A stretch of 63,682 nucleotides of DNA, counting the filler, from Octopus bimaculoides (taxonomy: Eukaryota), in NCBI RefSeq assembly GCF_001194135.2. It is 6 parts of 5 records of this genome, joined end to end, with 100 filler letters (N's around TTAATTAATTAA, not from the genome) between each part and the next. Parts side by side here need not be neighbours in the genome. Positions count along the whole stretch, not along the records: positions 21,611 to 36,041 come from NC_068983.1; positions 36,142 to 42,894 come from NW_026304297.1; 4 more parts are not named here. The stretch is one strand, 5' to 3'. A program made the position numbers and the translations under genes. The notes below the pieces were generated by a model that saw only the letters and a list, made by a program, of their open reading frames with translations, was not told where the DNA came from and ran no database searches. Below, one piece after another: positions 25,054 to 37,099 of this stretch (position 1 is the first letter of the stretch; each line of letters begins with the position of its first letter).

Positions 25054-25620
25054 ATGCCCAATACTCCATGTGATCTTAACGAGCGAGTTTTGTCAGCTTA
25101 CAAGGACATACGAAAATGTGTTTTATTTCAACGAAAAAAAGAAAAGAATGTAGTTAAGAAAGATCCTTCAATTAAACAAATTGTCAAGATTGTAACAGAA
25201 AAGATAATTTTTCTTTGGCAAAAGGTATCCATCCCTTGTGTTGCGATTGAGTCAGTTAAACCAAAAATCTTAAACTTTTATCTAAAGAACCAAGCATTAC
25301 TAAAATACGTGAAAAATAGAAATAATGTGCCATCGTTTCAAACAAAGTTTAATGTGTGTAAAAACAATGCAACAAAAGATTTATTTGACATTTCCTGTTG
25401 CAAGTGAAACTCCTTTAAAACTGCTGTTGTAGTAGAGACAAAAAAGTACCACAGAGAGAACAAGATTTTTTACAGGTTCAACGGACAAATCGAAAAATGA
25501 TCATTGGAGGAATAGATCAAGCAGTATCTAAACAGAACGTTCAGAGGTTGATTAGAAAGAATCGGCCAGATCACAGTCGCCCTTCTACATCAGCAAAGGA
25601 TTCTGAATTGTTAATTATTT
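25054..25620 (+). pseudogene. Unclassified DNA-transposon-like ORF N-terminus
   Basis: IIFLWQKVSIP...LFDISCCK*...CCC...KVPQREQDFLQVQRTNRKMIIGGID resembles a Cys-rich N-terminus I associate with invertebrate DNA transposases; superfamily not established. Confidence 0.5.
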
Positions 25621-26744
25621 TTATCATCAAAATGTGTCAAGAATCAAAAATTGGTTTACACGTTATTTCATTTTAATGTGTGTGTAATCTGGACCTAAAG
25701 AAAACAAAGTCGAAAAGTCTATTTATTTCACATAATTTTGAAATTTCAAGTGCATAGCGGAGCTTAAAGATTTAAATTTTAGAGCTTAAGAGTTTATCAC
25801 TCTTATTTTTAAAACAAATTGCAAAAGAAAATCAATTCGTAACAATGAATGTAAAAATAAAATGAGGAATGGCAAACGTGTTATAAATTGATTTTTCGCT
25901 CATTATTTAAAATTTTCAAGTGGGCTGCGTAGCCTGAAGATGTAAATTTAAGAACTTCAGATTTTAGCACAGTTGTTTCTAATGGATTTCACAATAAAAA
26001 ATATATTCTTAAAAGCATATTTCCAAAATCTGTGTAAAAGTACCTTTATTTTTGCTCCACCCTGTTACTGAAATTCCAATGAAAGAGCTCTAAATCTAGG
26101 TTAGAAACCGACTCTTTCTCCACCGACAAGAAATCTAGAAATAAAACTAAGTAACATAGACACACATATATACAGATGTATCTATGTAGGTGATGGGGGG
26201 TCATATATTATCACTTTAGAGGCTTGTGTTGATAAAGAACCAATGAGATGAAGAATTTAAATAGAGATAGATTACATCAAGTATAAAAGGTTAAAATATA
26301 ACGACTTTTGATAACTTTTCGAACTTTGCGGATCATGAAATGCCGTTATAAAATCCTTTAGGACAATATGTCTGTTGATAACGTATTATAAACAGTAAAA
26401 TAAAATATTTTAAAGTGATTTTAAAATGGTTTTGAAATGATATTAAAACCATTTTTTCGTTTCAGTTCAGTGACATAGATAAATAAAGTCTATAAGATGA
26501 CTGCAGTTACAACCATAATTATTTTCAACTATGCTCAGGGGCAGCTATCTAGCTAGTTAGGACATGGTTTACTCTTGTACACTAATGTTATCTTTAAATC
26601 ACAGAAAACCTAAAGTTATTCTGTCTAAACGAAGTAATGATATATTTATTTCATCCTTATTCCATTTCTCTTGCTGATTCAAGTCATACTTGTGCAGCTT
26701 ATCAGACAAACACACGTTTTTATGTCTCTTCAACTTTCAATGTT

Positions 26745-26986
26745 TAGGTGTACAACTGTGCTTCCCAACTATATAGTTCCGGGTTCAGTCCCACGGTGTC
26801 GCACCTTGGACAGCTTTCTTCAACTATAACCGGGGCCTATCAAAGCCTTGTGTGTCGATTTAATAGACGGAAAGAAGCCTGTCACGTGTGTGTGTGTGTG
26901 TGTATGTGTGTGTGTGTGTGCAAGTGTGTATGTGTGTGTGTGTTTGTGTGTGCGCACACTGGCGTGTATATGTGTTTATACATCTA

Positions 26987-27026
<40 letters not shown>

Positions 27027-27075
27027 AATATTAAAAAAAAAAATAACGTTGACCACTAACGTGGACAATTAATGT
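26745..27075 (+). mobile_element. tRNA-headed SINE with internal microsatellite
   Basis: GCTTCCCAAC...GGGTTCAGTCCCAC...CACCTTGG...AAAGCCTTGTG...AGACGGAAAGAAGCC followed by (GT)n/(ATCT)n; same family as 46490 and 61275. Confidence 0.75.
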
Positions 27076-27194
27076 GCTAGAAATAGATCACATCTTGTGT
27101 CTATTAAGACCTAAATTGTTCTCAACATGAAATATAGCAGCATACCAAAAACGTGAGCGGGCAAGACATTTAAAATCACCTAAAAAGGCATTCT

Positions 27195-27260
27195 CAAACA
27201 GGGACCGGTTTCGGATTTAACAAATCTTACCATTTGTCCATTCCTCTTCAGCCTGATTTG
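27195..27260 (-). ncRNA. Type I hammerhead ribozyme with palindromic helix III (PLE type)
   Basis: Minus strand reads CAAATCAGG-CTGAAGA-GGA(ATGG)ACAAAT-GGTAAG-ATTTGT(TAAA)TCC-GAAA-CCGG-TC-CCTGTTTG. All core bases are present; GUC triplet; cut between + positions 27203 and 27202. Confidence 0.88.
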
Positions 27261-27551
27261 TAATGTAACCGCAATCATCAGAATCGTATACCGAGTTGCC
27301 CACCGTCATGGGTGCGCGTGCATATGGTTCTGCTAATTACAGCTTAATGGTAAAATTCAAATGTCTTCGTTTTGGCGCGCTAATTCCAGGAATATATCAG
27401 CAGAAAATATTTACTGCGTCGTATATATTCAGTATGAGAACATGGATATATATATATATATATCGGCTATACCCTTGGAGCCCTAGTAATCCGTTACACC
27501 ACTTACCTAGCGTACCTAGTCGTTTAGATCATCTATGAACTAAACCCTTAT

Positions 27552-27616
<65 letters not shown>

Positions 27617-27699
27617 AATAAAGTTACATGGTCTGGTTTTAACGTTTTCCTTATTGTATTTTTTTTACAATGTTGAAGTGTGTTAAACATTAAAAAAAA

Positions 27700-29490
27700 T
27701 ATTTAGTAATGTTTATAAAGTTCAGTTAGCTCTTTCATACGTTCGTAGTAATCATCAGATTTCAAAATGTATTGACTGACAGTTGAGTCGAATTCTTGAC
27801 AACTGTAGTAAAATGACTGACTTCTTCCTTTTAGAAGGCTCCAACAAGTTGAATTTTTCGAATAAGGTTTTGACCAATCAGCATGCAACTTAAACGTCAC
27901 GGTTTGTCGGGCGCAATTTTGATGTAACAAACTTATATATGAACATTCCACATGATTTGAGAATTACTGCCATAAAATATTGGGTCGAGAAACAGAGAAG
28001 TGATCCTCAGTAGATTTACTGTAACCTTCATACTAGACACGGTCAGCCTCATCCTCGCAAGCAATACATTCCTTTTCAACAAAAGAAAACTAACTCCAAA
28101 TTTGAGGCAGCGCTATGGGGATGCAATTTGCTCCAGTTTTCTCGAACTCAGTATTGAGATACTTGGAACAAAACCTATATCAAAAAATAAAGGAAACTAC
28201 GGCATGACCTTTAGAAGGCATATGGCGAATACAGGGAAAAGATACCTCGATGATTGTTTCCTAATTTGGACCAAATCCCTCGAAAATCTGGAAGAATTCA
28301 GCACCCTCCTCAACAATCTACATCCTAGTCTCAAATTCACAGGAGAAATGAGCAACACACAATTACCATTTTTGATACAATGGTAATTAAAAACAACACC
28401 ACAATCACAACTGATATCTATTACAAAAGCACAGATACATACCAGTACCTAAATTTCAAATCATGCCACCCAACACACACAAAACTCAACATCCCGTACT
28501 GTCTAGCCAGGAAAATTTGTACTATAGCAGATGATCCAAATACCAGGAACATACGTCTTACAGAACTCAAAGGATATCTGGTCAAGCAAAAATACCCCTC
28601 TCCTACTTATAGAAAATAGCATACAACGAGCAAAAGAGATACCTGTAGAACAACTTAGGGCGGACAAAGCGGACCGTCACTACACTCCCGTTTTTTGTTT
28701 TTTTACAGAAATCTACGTTTCCGAATCTGTAAAAACAATTGGTATTTCAAAATTTCAATTTTACCCCCACCCTACCTAATTTCTTCACGTTTTTACAGAA
28801 TTCTTATGGGGCAAAATACGTAGAAAAGTTTTTGAATTATTATGTTTTCATTATCGGAATTTACGATTTTCCAAACAAAAAAAAATATTTCAACTTAGGG
28901 CAACACGAGAAACACGAACACATCAACGGAACACCATGCCATTTCTAGTAACACACAATACGCATCACCAAAACATTTTAAACATCGTCAAAATAAATTT
29001 GCCAATCATAAAAGGTGAAGAATTAAAAACAAACATAACTAATCAAACACTTATCTTAAGCAAAAGGCAACCATATAACCGAAAGAAACTATTAACAAAA
29101 GCAAAATTCAACATGAACAAACAGGACAAAACATTCACAGTATCCAAGTGTAATGATAACAGATGTGGAAATGTCAATATATGCATACTGGTAGATCCAT
29201 TAGAACAAAAATGGAAAGATTTTCGCAAATGCTGATATGAACTGCAAAAGCAGAAATTTGATCTACTGCATTAAATGCCCTAATTGCGAGGAATTGGCAA
29301 GATAGGGAATGCATTATCGGAACGTTCACGAGTTCACAGACAACAAATCTGGAACACTAATGTTCACCAAATTCCGTTGAGCGAACATATAGAAGCATGT
29401 GGTCAGAAAGTGTTTCTAATTTTTCCATTCCACAAAATACATGACAAAAGTGAGGTTGGAAGAAAGATAAAATGTTCAAACCTGTTCTAA
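27700..29490 (+). mobile_element. Penelope-like retroelement (RT plus GIY-YIG endonuclease), frameshifted
   Basis: FDVTNLYMNIPHDL; RYLDDCFLIW...LHPSLKFT; TDIYYKSTDTYQYLNFKSCHPTHTKLNIPY; SKRQPYN; SKCNDNRC; CKSRNLIYCIKC; LSERSRVHRQQI. Confidence 0.92.
28662..28890 (+). mobile_element. 229-bp insertion with 11-bp direct repeat inside the PLE
   Basis: CAACTTAGGGC at 28651-28661 and 28891-28901; A-rich 3' end; PLE coding homology stops and resumes across it. Confidence 0.7.
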
Positions 29491-30050
29491 ATGGAAATTA
29501 CAACAGAAGAATCTAGTTACAACAGAATGAAAGAAGTAAAAGTTAAAAGATGACAGATAGGTTCACGTAAACATCATGAAGTAGTTTATATATAGAGGAC
29601 ATTAAGAGGAACAGAGTCAACTCCTGTTCATTCTATCTTTTTTGTGTTACTTCGTTCATTAAGTGAGAAGCGGTATCAATTACATTGTTTGCGTAACAGC
29701 ATCTGTTCAGTTTCTAAAAAAATTGCAGCATAAATAAAGCGAATAAAGATAAAATAACTGTTTTTGATTTTTCAAAATAAGAAATAATCGAAGTACATCG
29801 ACCTTTGTAAAAAGGGGAAACTCTATTTAATTGAAACTAGGATTCAGACATGCAATTTTTTATTCGTATTGAGGACTGCGATCCATTGAGAGAATTGTGT
29901 GTTGTTAGCTTAATGCTAAGATATTCAATGCATGGACCATTGATATGAAAGCTAAATAGAAATATGTTTCACTACAAATATATACTGAATGGGAAACATC
30001 AATATTAATAAGTGATTGATATTATTTTTCTTTTTCTAGTAAGTACAGAA

Positions 30051-30096
30051 GAATATTGAACATGTTTCGATCTTATTCTGACCTCAGCAAAGCATT
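30051..30096 (-). ncRNA. Decayed hammerhead-like motif
   Basis: Minus strand TTG-CTGA(core deletion)-GGTC-AGAATAA-GATC-GAAA-CATG-TT-CAA; palindromic ACATGT helix III; core incomplete. Confidence 0.45.
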
Positions 30097-31769
30097 AGTT
30101 TACATTGTTCTCGTCGAAATAATGATGAAAAAAATTTACTAAGTAAATGTACAAGATTAAACATTTCTTGGTGTAGGGAAGAAGATTATTGTAGAACTCA
30201 AATAATACAACGATGTCAACTCACTAAAAAACAACAGGAGTTTAGTTGATATGACTATACTAACGTCTTTTTAATGCGTAGTTTGGAACTTTTCGATTTT
30301 GATGTATGTAATTTTTGTTCATATTTTATAGTGAGGTGCGGTGTTTTGAAAGAAATTTCGTTTTGAACACTGGCATATTTTAAAAGATATATGAGCTAAA
30401 TTCTGTTTTATCTAACTAAATTCATTTCTGTTGAACTGGGAATATTTTTGCTGAAAATGATTTTATATTTCAATGTCCATATAAATTATCTACGTTAGAA
30501 TTCAATACTAAATCTTATTTTTAATAGGTTTATTCATTTATTTATATTTATTTACTTGTGTATTTATCTAAGTTACATTCTGGTTTGTTTATTTCGCTTT
30601 AGAAGGCCTTTCTGATAACAAATCTCTTGATGCTTTTTAGTTTTAGTCATTAAGATCAGGGAATTGAAGTACTCGTGTTAGTTGTTGCATACTTTAGCCC
30701 TTTTGTACTAAATGAACTTTCAAACAACGCTTTCATATTCTGCAAATTCGTGAAGTTCAATGCTTTCAATGTATTGCTTGGGGAACCATAATGACCTCCT
30801 CATTTGGATGTTGGTTACGATATATGTAAGTATATCATTCAAAGACACACGTATTTGCTCTTGGCTATTACCATACATATTTTATTGATGTATGTATCTG
30901 TGATGCAAAGACGGCGTATGTTTGTATTGACGTCGGGCAAAAACGAGAGTAAACTTCCCGTCTGTTATATTTGCTTTACAAAGAACCACTTCAACAGAAA
31001 TCTGGAGAGGGATAGTTATGTGAACAGTTCTTTGATCATTAGCGAAACGTATGCTGTTATCTATCCTTTACATTTCCTCTATCTGCCAATCTATAAAATT
31101 TGTAAACATGTTCCTAAAATGATATATCTGTTAATTATATTCTAATGTCTGCTTACAGATAAAATCGGTTGACTATTGATGTCCAAGCCGATTCGACCCT
31201 AGATTTGATAGCAGTAGATTTGATAGTTTGTATTCAACGACCAACACAGCGCATTTTGACTTATCGTCTTTTGATCAAACCCTTTATGAATATCAGTAGG
31301 TACAGTCCTTAAGTGCTGTAGGCGAGAATATTTCGTAATTAACGAATGTTTTATCTTCTATGAGCCTTGAAAGAAGGGTTCGCACGACAAGCGTGTTTCA
31401 GTTAATTCTGTTATTAACGTCTATCGGTACTTTTTGGTTATCCCACCCCCATTAAAAAATTGGGTTATCTCCCCGCCCCTTTTTACGAGAAATATCGGTA
31501 CTTATGGTTATCACCCTCAACTAAAAAGATTGTTTAACCCTCAATAAAACAACAAAGACAAAATTTTAAAATTAATAAACATGAAAAGTGAAAGGATGAA
31601 ACATCGTTTTGAATCTTATATTTTTATAGCAAATCATACAAAACTGAAAAAATTAATAAACGTGAAAACTGAAAAAGATTAATAAACATGAAACTTGAAA
31701 AAATTAAACATCTTATTGAATCTGATAATATTTTAATAACAAATCATGCTATTTTTTCTATACTACTCA

Positions 31770-31833
31770 TATTAATTTTTTTCATCATTTGGGATTGTGA
31801 AGTCAATTATCTGGTACTTTCTATTGTCCTTAT

Positions 31834-31909
<76 letters not shown>

Positions 31910-33885
31910 CAAAACAGGCATTCTAGCTTCTATTACTCTATCAGTCTGAATGTTAAAGTCCCACAACACCTTGTACTCCTTACTTTCTAGTACTTTACTA
32001 GGTTCGTGTTCATACCATTTATCAGTATGTTCAAATCCTAGCTCTCTACAAAGCTCCCAGTAGGTTGCTCTCCCTAGATTATCATGTCTTTTCTTGTATT
32101 CTTTCTGTGCCACCATGTTACATTCACTTACTATAGGAGTAACGCTTTCCTCTTTTGATTTGCATAATCTTCACTGAAAATCTACTTGGTTTTTGTCTAT
32201 GGTTTTTATCCAATTAGTCCTTAATGCTTGATCTTGTGGTACTACTAACAAACTTTCTGTCTCCCTCTTCAGCTTTCTCTCCTGAAGCCATAACCATGTA
32301 TCACTACTATTATTTGCTGAAACTATCTTTGGAAATCTACCATGCAACGCCTTCTCCTGCCAGTCTGCCAATTTCTGTTCTTTTTTGTTTTTGATTTTTA
32401 AGTTCGTTTGGTGTTTTGGTTTCCTTATGACTTGTGACTCTTGCAGCTTTTAATAACCATTTTTCACTATTACCTACATAGGAGTCTATATCTACTCTAG
32501 CTAACTCCACGCAGTCTTCCACTGATATTAACCCTCTTCCACCTTCCTTTCTAGGTAGGTACAATCTTGCTACCCCTGCCCTTGGGTGGCGTCCTCTATT
32601 CATATCGAATTCCTTCCTAGTTCTTCTGTCTAGCTTTGCTAATTCAGTTTTTGTCCAAACTATAAAAGCTGCTGAGTATCTAAGTAATGATACTGCCCAA
32701 GTATTTACAGCTTTCACTAGATTCGGACCATTTAGCTTTGACTTCATTAGCTTCCTCGTGAACAGGTTATTTCCTTCTGTCAGATTCTAATACTCATAGA
32801 TACTTTTAACTCTCTCCTCCTTTCAATGATTTTAATGTCTAGCCATCTGGTAATTGGATGCCTTCACCGTTGACTACCTGTCCCCTTCTCATGGCTAATA
32901 TTGCATACTTATTTATGCTAAATTCCATACCTATATCTTTACTGAAGAGTCTTACAGTCTGTATTAAGGAATGTGTCTCTTTTTCATTCTTACTAAAAAG
33001 CTTCAGATCATCCATCTAGAGCAAATGGTTAATTTTCCCATTATTATTTCTGAACTGACACTCTGCCTTTGCCTTCCTTAATAATTAAACTGAGGGGATC
33101 AAACATAAGACAAATATTAAAGGGGACAACGAGACCCATGGGAAATTTCTCCTTTTATATTAACTCTACCTAACAGAATGTCACCTGAGTATAGAGCTAC
33201 TTTCCATTTCTTCATGCTAAATCTAATTAATTCTCTTGTGTTGTCTGTTATATTGAGCATGCTCAAACATTCACTTATCTATGAGTGTGGGATCATGTCA
33301 TAGGCTTTCCTATAATCTATCCATGCTATTGTTAGATTTTTCTTTCTAGCTTTTACTTCATTTAGAACTGCTTTGTCTATATATAATAGATCATGCGTTC
33401 CTCTAGCCTGCTTCCTGCAACGTATCTGTTCTTCTAGTAGTAAATTCTGGTTGTCAATTTGCTAGTAAATGCTTTCTGAAAGCATTTCTGTTAACAGCTT
33501 CCACACTAATGGTAAGCAAATGATTGGTCTATAGCTGCTAGCTATATTGCCCTTGCTCTTATCCTTCATAATGAGTGTTGTCCTCCCTTTAGTCATCCAA
33601 TCTGGTATTATTCCTCTACTAAGGCAATCCTGAAATTGTTCCCTCAGCCTCCCGTGTAAACTACTGAATTTCTTTAGCCAGTACTAAATTTGGTCCTAGG
33701 CCCTTCCAATTCGGCATTTTTCCAAGCACTTTACTCATTAATGCACTAGATCTGGTTGCTTCTCACTCACTACTTCTTCCTTCACTTTTTTAAACTTTAC
33801 AGCATCTCCATTATGATTGACTAGTTTATCCCAAATATTACTCCAGAACTTTCTAGCTTCCTCTGCATTAGGTTTCTCATCTTCA
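31770..33885 (-). mobile_element. R4/Dong-clade LINE (RT plus restriction-like endonuclease), decayed
   Basis: DEKPNAEEARKFWSNIW; YRPIICLPLVWK; NHLL*MDDLK; NLVKAVNTWAVSLLRYS; RLYLPRKEGGRGL; WQEKALHG; KRHD...WDFNIQTD...IIDFTIP. Confidence 0.92.
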
Positions 33886-33893
33886 TATTATTA

Positions 33894-34420
33894 CTAGCTG
33901 ACGTATCCAGTAACTCCCTGAAAAGCGGGGCTAATCCCTTGATTCCGTTCTCATAATTGTTTCGCTAATCCAATAGCAACAATACAAAGTATGTAGCCCT
34001 TAAAACGGTTTTTGTGCATTTATAGAGAACACCGAACTGTCTTACATAGGATCTTGTTTGTAGGAAATCCCACTAAATTATGAATACCCAAATCGTAAAG
34101 TCAGTTACGGTTGACTGATGCTCGCGCAGTCCTGGTGAGTGTCTGTCTTAGGCTTCTTTCGAAAGTGTGTTCGACTTGTCTCATGAGTCGGTGTAACTCT
34201 GTTTGTAGTTTGACAAGCTTCTCTCTGTGTTGCCGTCTCTAACTGCCTTGCTCTTTCTTGGTATACTTTCTTTGCATTTACGCGAGCTTGTCTCTCCACT
34301 GCCGTCTCTGTTTGCAATGCACTTTCTTGGTATAGTCTATGTGCAGTGAGTCGATCTTCTGGATCCTCTGCTGTCTCTGACGGTCTTGCCCTTCTATGGG
34401 CTGTTCTATCACGTGTGTCT
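33894..34420 (-). mobile_element. Internally deleted Helitron relic
   Basis: Minus-strand 3' end ...CCCCGCTTTTCAGGGAG...TACGTCAG-CTAG|T. Upstream peptide ETAVERQARVNAK...ETATQREA resembles the charged repeats of Rep/Hel N-termini. Confidence 0.5.
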
Positions 34421-34511
34421 TGGGCTAGTCAGTTATTAGTGATTACAATTAAAACGAGAATATCTGACGCTGAGGCCTAAGACTGCTTTTGTTTTTTCTT
34501 CATCCATCGTT

Positions 34512-36041
34512 ATGGCTACTAAGAAGAGAAAGGTTGATGATGAATGTCGCATTTTCAATAAAGAATGGGGAGAAAAGTACTTCTCTGGAGAAACAAACGA
34601 CCAGAAAGCTAGTTGCCTGATATGCAACGAAAGTGTTGCTGTTATGAAAGAGTACAATACTTGTCGTCACTACGAAGCAAAACATCTCTCAACATATTTT
34701 AAATATTCTGGACAATTGCAGTCCGAGAAATTTGAATCTATGAAACGTAGTTTGGAATCTCAAAGGAATTTCTTAACGAAAATGTTTGTTGAAAATGAAT
34801 CTATCACTCGTGTAAGTTGCAAAATAGTGAATAAATTGGCAAAGCGAGGAAGACCATTTACTGACGGAAACTTTATAAAAGAGTTCATGATGGAAGCAGC
34901 AAATGATTTGTGTCCTGAAAAAGCTAACATATTTGGCTGTATCAGCCTTTCAGCAAGTTCAGTTGTGCGGAGAATAGAAGAACTTGGAGAGAATATACAG
35001 TTACAGATACATGAGAAAGCTAAGAAATTTTTTGTGGTATTCTCTTGCAATGGATGAGTCTACTGATCTCTCTAGTACGTCACAACGTATTGTGTTCATT
35101 CGTGGTGTTAATTGCAACTTTGAGATTATAAAAGAAATGGCATCCGTTTGTGGTATACATGGAACAACTGGTGAAGATATTTTCATAGAGGTGCAGTAAA
35201 CTTGCAAAACTATAACCTTTAGTGGAATCAGCTTCGGTGTGTTACAGTTGATGGAGGTAAAAAACATGGCAGGAGTGAGAAAGGATTTGGTAGGGCGGAT
35301 CCAGACCAAGTTGGAGGAGCTTTAACTTCCGAAAGCTCTATTTATACACTGCATCTATTTATACACAGCAAGCACTCTGTGGAAAACACTTCGATATTTC
35401 TTGCGTACTAAAATCGGTTACAACTGTAGTGAACTTTATTTGGAATCATCACCGACTTAACCACCGACAGTTCCAGGCTTTCTTTGAAGAAATGGATTCT
35501 GATTTCTGTGACTTGCCTTACTACACAGAATTGAGATGGCTCAGTTGCGGTGAAGTCCTGTTTTGTTTTTATAAGCTCCGAAAAAAAATAGATCATTTTC
35601 TCACCGAAAAGAATAGAGCTGATCCACAGCTGTCAGATCCTTCATGGTTATCAAAGTTGTTATTTTTAGTTGACGTAACTTCTCATATGAATGAATTGAA
35701 TTTAAAACTGCAAGAAAAGAATAACCTTATCTGTGATCTCTACAGAATTATTACAGCATTTCGGGGAAAGCTATCATTGTTTGAAGCACAACTTGAAGGG
35801 GGAAACTTCTCTCATTTTCAGTGTTTTCAAGAGTTTTGCACAGAAAATTTGGACCATGTTAACCTCGAGTTTCAGAAAAGAGTTATTCGGGTCTTAAAAA
35901 ATTATTCAGGTTTTTCTCAAAGATTTTCAGAGCTTGACAGAATTAAGAATGAAATTCTTTTGTTTGAGAATCCCTTTGACTGTAATCTTGATAACATGCC
36001 AACTGAACTACAACTGGAGCTTATTGACTTGCAAGCTAATA
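34512..36041 (+). pseudogene. hAT transposase pseudogene (SPIN/OC1/GTF2IRD2-like)
   Basis: KRKVDDECRIFNKEW...CLIC...RHYEAKH zinc finger; RPFTDGNFIKE; YSLAMDESTD; VTVDGG; LNHRQF; YTELRWLSCG; LNLKLQ; LQLELIDLQ. Frameshifts and stops; 3' end lost in a gap. Confidence 0.92.
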
Positions 36042-37099
36042 NNNNNNNNNNNNNNNNNNNNNNNNNNNNNNNNNNNNNNNNNNNNTTAATTAATTAANNN
36101 NNNNNNNNNNNNNNNNNNNNNNNNNNNNNNNNNNNNNNNNNTTCCACAGACTTTATTAGACTCCTTGTCATTGTTATTTTTAAACCCTAATCAAAGCAGA
36201 ATAATCATCAAAAAGTTCCAGCCATGACCATCACACCTGTTTCATTTCTTTTTCGTTATTTGTTGTTTTTATTAGTCTTTTTTGTGCGCGCGCGTGTGTG
36301 TGTGTGTGTGTGTGTGTGTGTTTCAAGAACATAGTACCCCAGACAACATAATCTTTTGAAGTGAAGGACACCAAAGTTTAATCTGAAGGATAATTAACTC
36401 CTATTTCTAGCAAATCAACTAACCATATAAAGACAATATCGGCAACTTTTAGCAATGGCCGCTTTTATTTTTATTTTATTTATTTATGTATTTATTTATT
36501 CACTTATTTTTGTTAACTCTCTCCAAAGCGGTTCACATAAAAATGTCCCCAGTTATTGCGCCTTCGATTACTGGAAAAATGCTAAGGCAAGCAAAACTTA
36601 AACTACTATACAAAAGACTATTTAAAAGCCACCAACTGATCGAACTGGGTGGACAGCCTCGATATCTCCCACCGCGTATTTAATAAACACAGTATATAAT
36701 TAGACACGAGGCCCTCGTCAAGGTAAGGCATTCGGCCTCATTCGCCCATTGAAGTAGGTTTGCCGAGGCTTTCCATCGAGATCAGAGCATTATTTCTTGC
36801 AGAAGATAGATTCCTCGAACGCAGACAGCTGAAGAAAGCCGTCAAGGAAGTAGGTAAAGCAACTGAAATTAGCTCAAGGTGGCTATGGTTGATAAGAGAC
36901 TGTGTATGGAACCCTTCCGTAGGTGAAGACCAGCCCAGCCCTCACTGCGTCATTCAGATGGAGCGTACAGGCTAAGGAGCGAAACACTTGTGACCCTGCA
37001 GACGATGCAGAAGGGCCCCCAGCATTGCAATAGATTTAGAAGATCTTGCAAAATCTCTGAGTAGCTCCAGCGGTTTCTTTGTAGAGCAAAATATCTCTG

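Noticed and set aside
27725-27765. Minus-strand CTGATGA...GAAA inside the PLE
   Set aside because: No stem I pairing, helix III has a 2-nt non-palindromic loop, and it lies within RT coding sequence.
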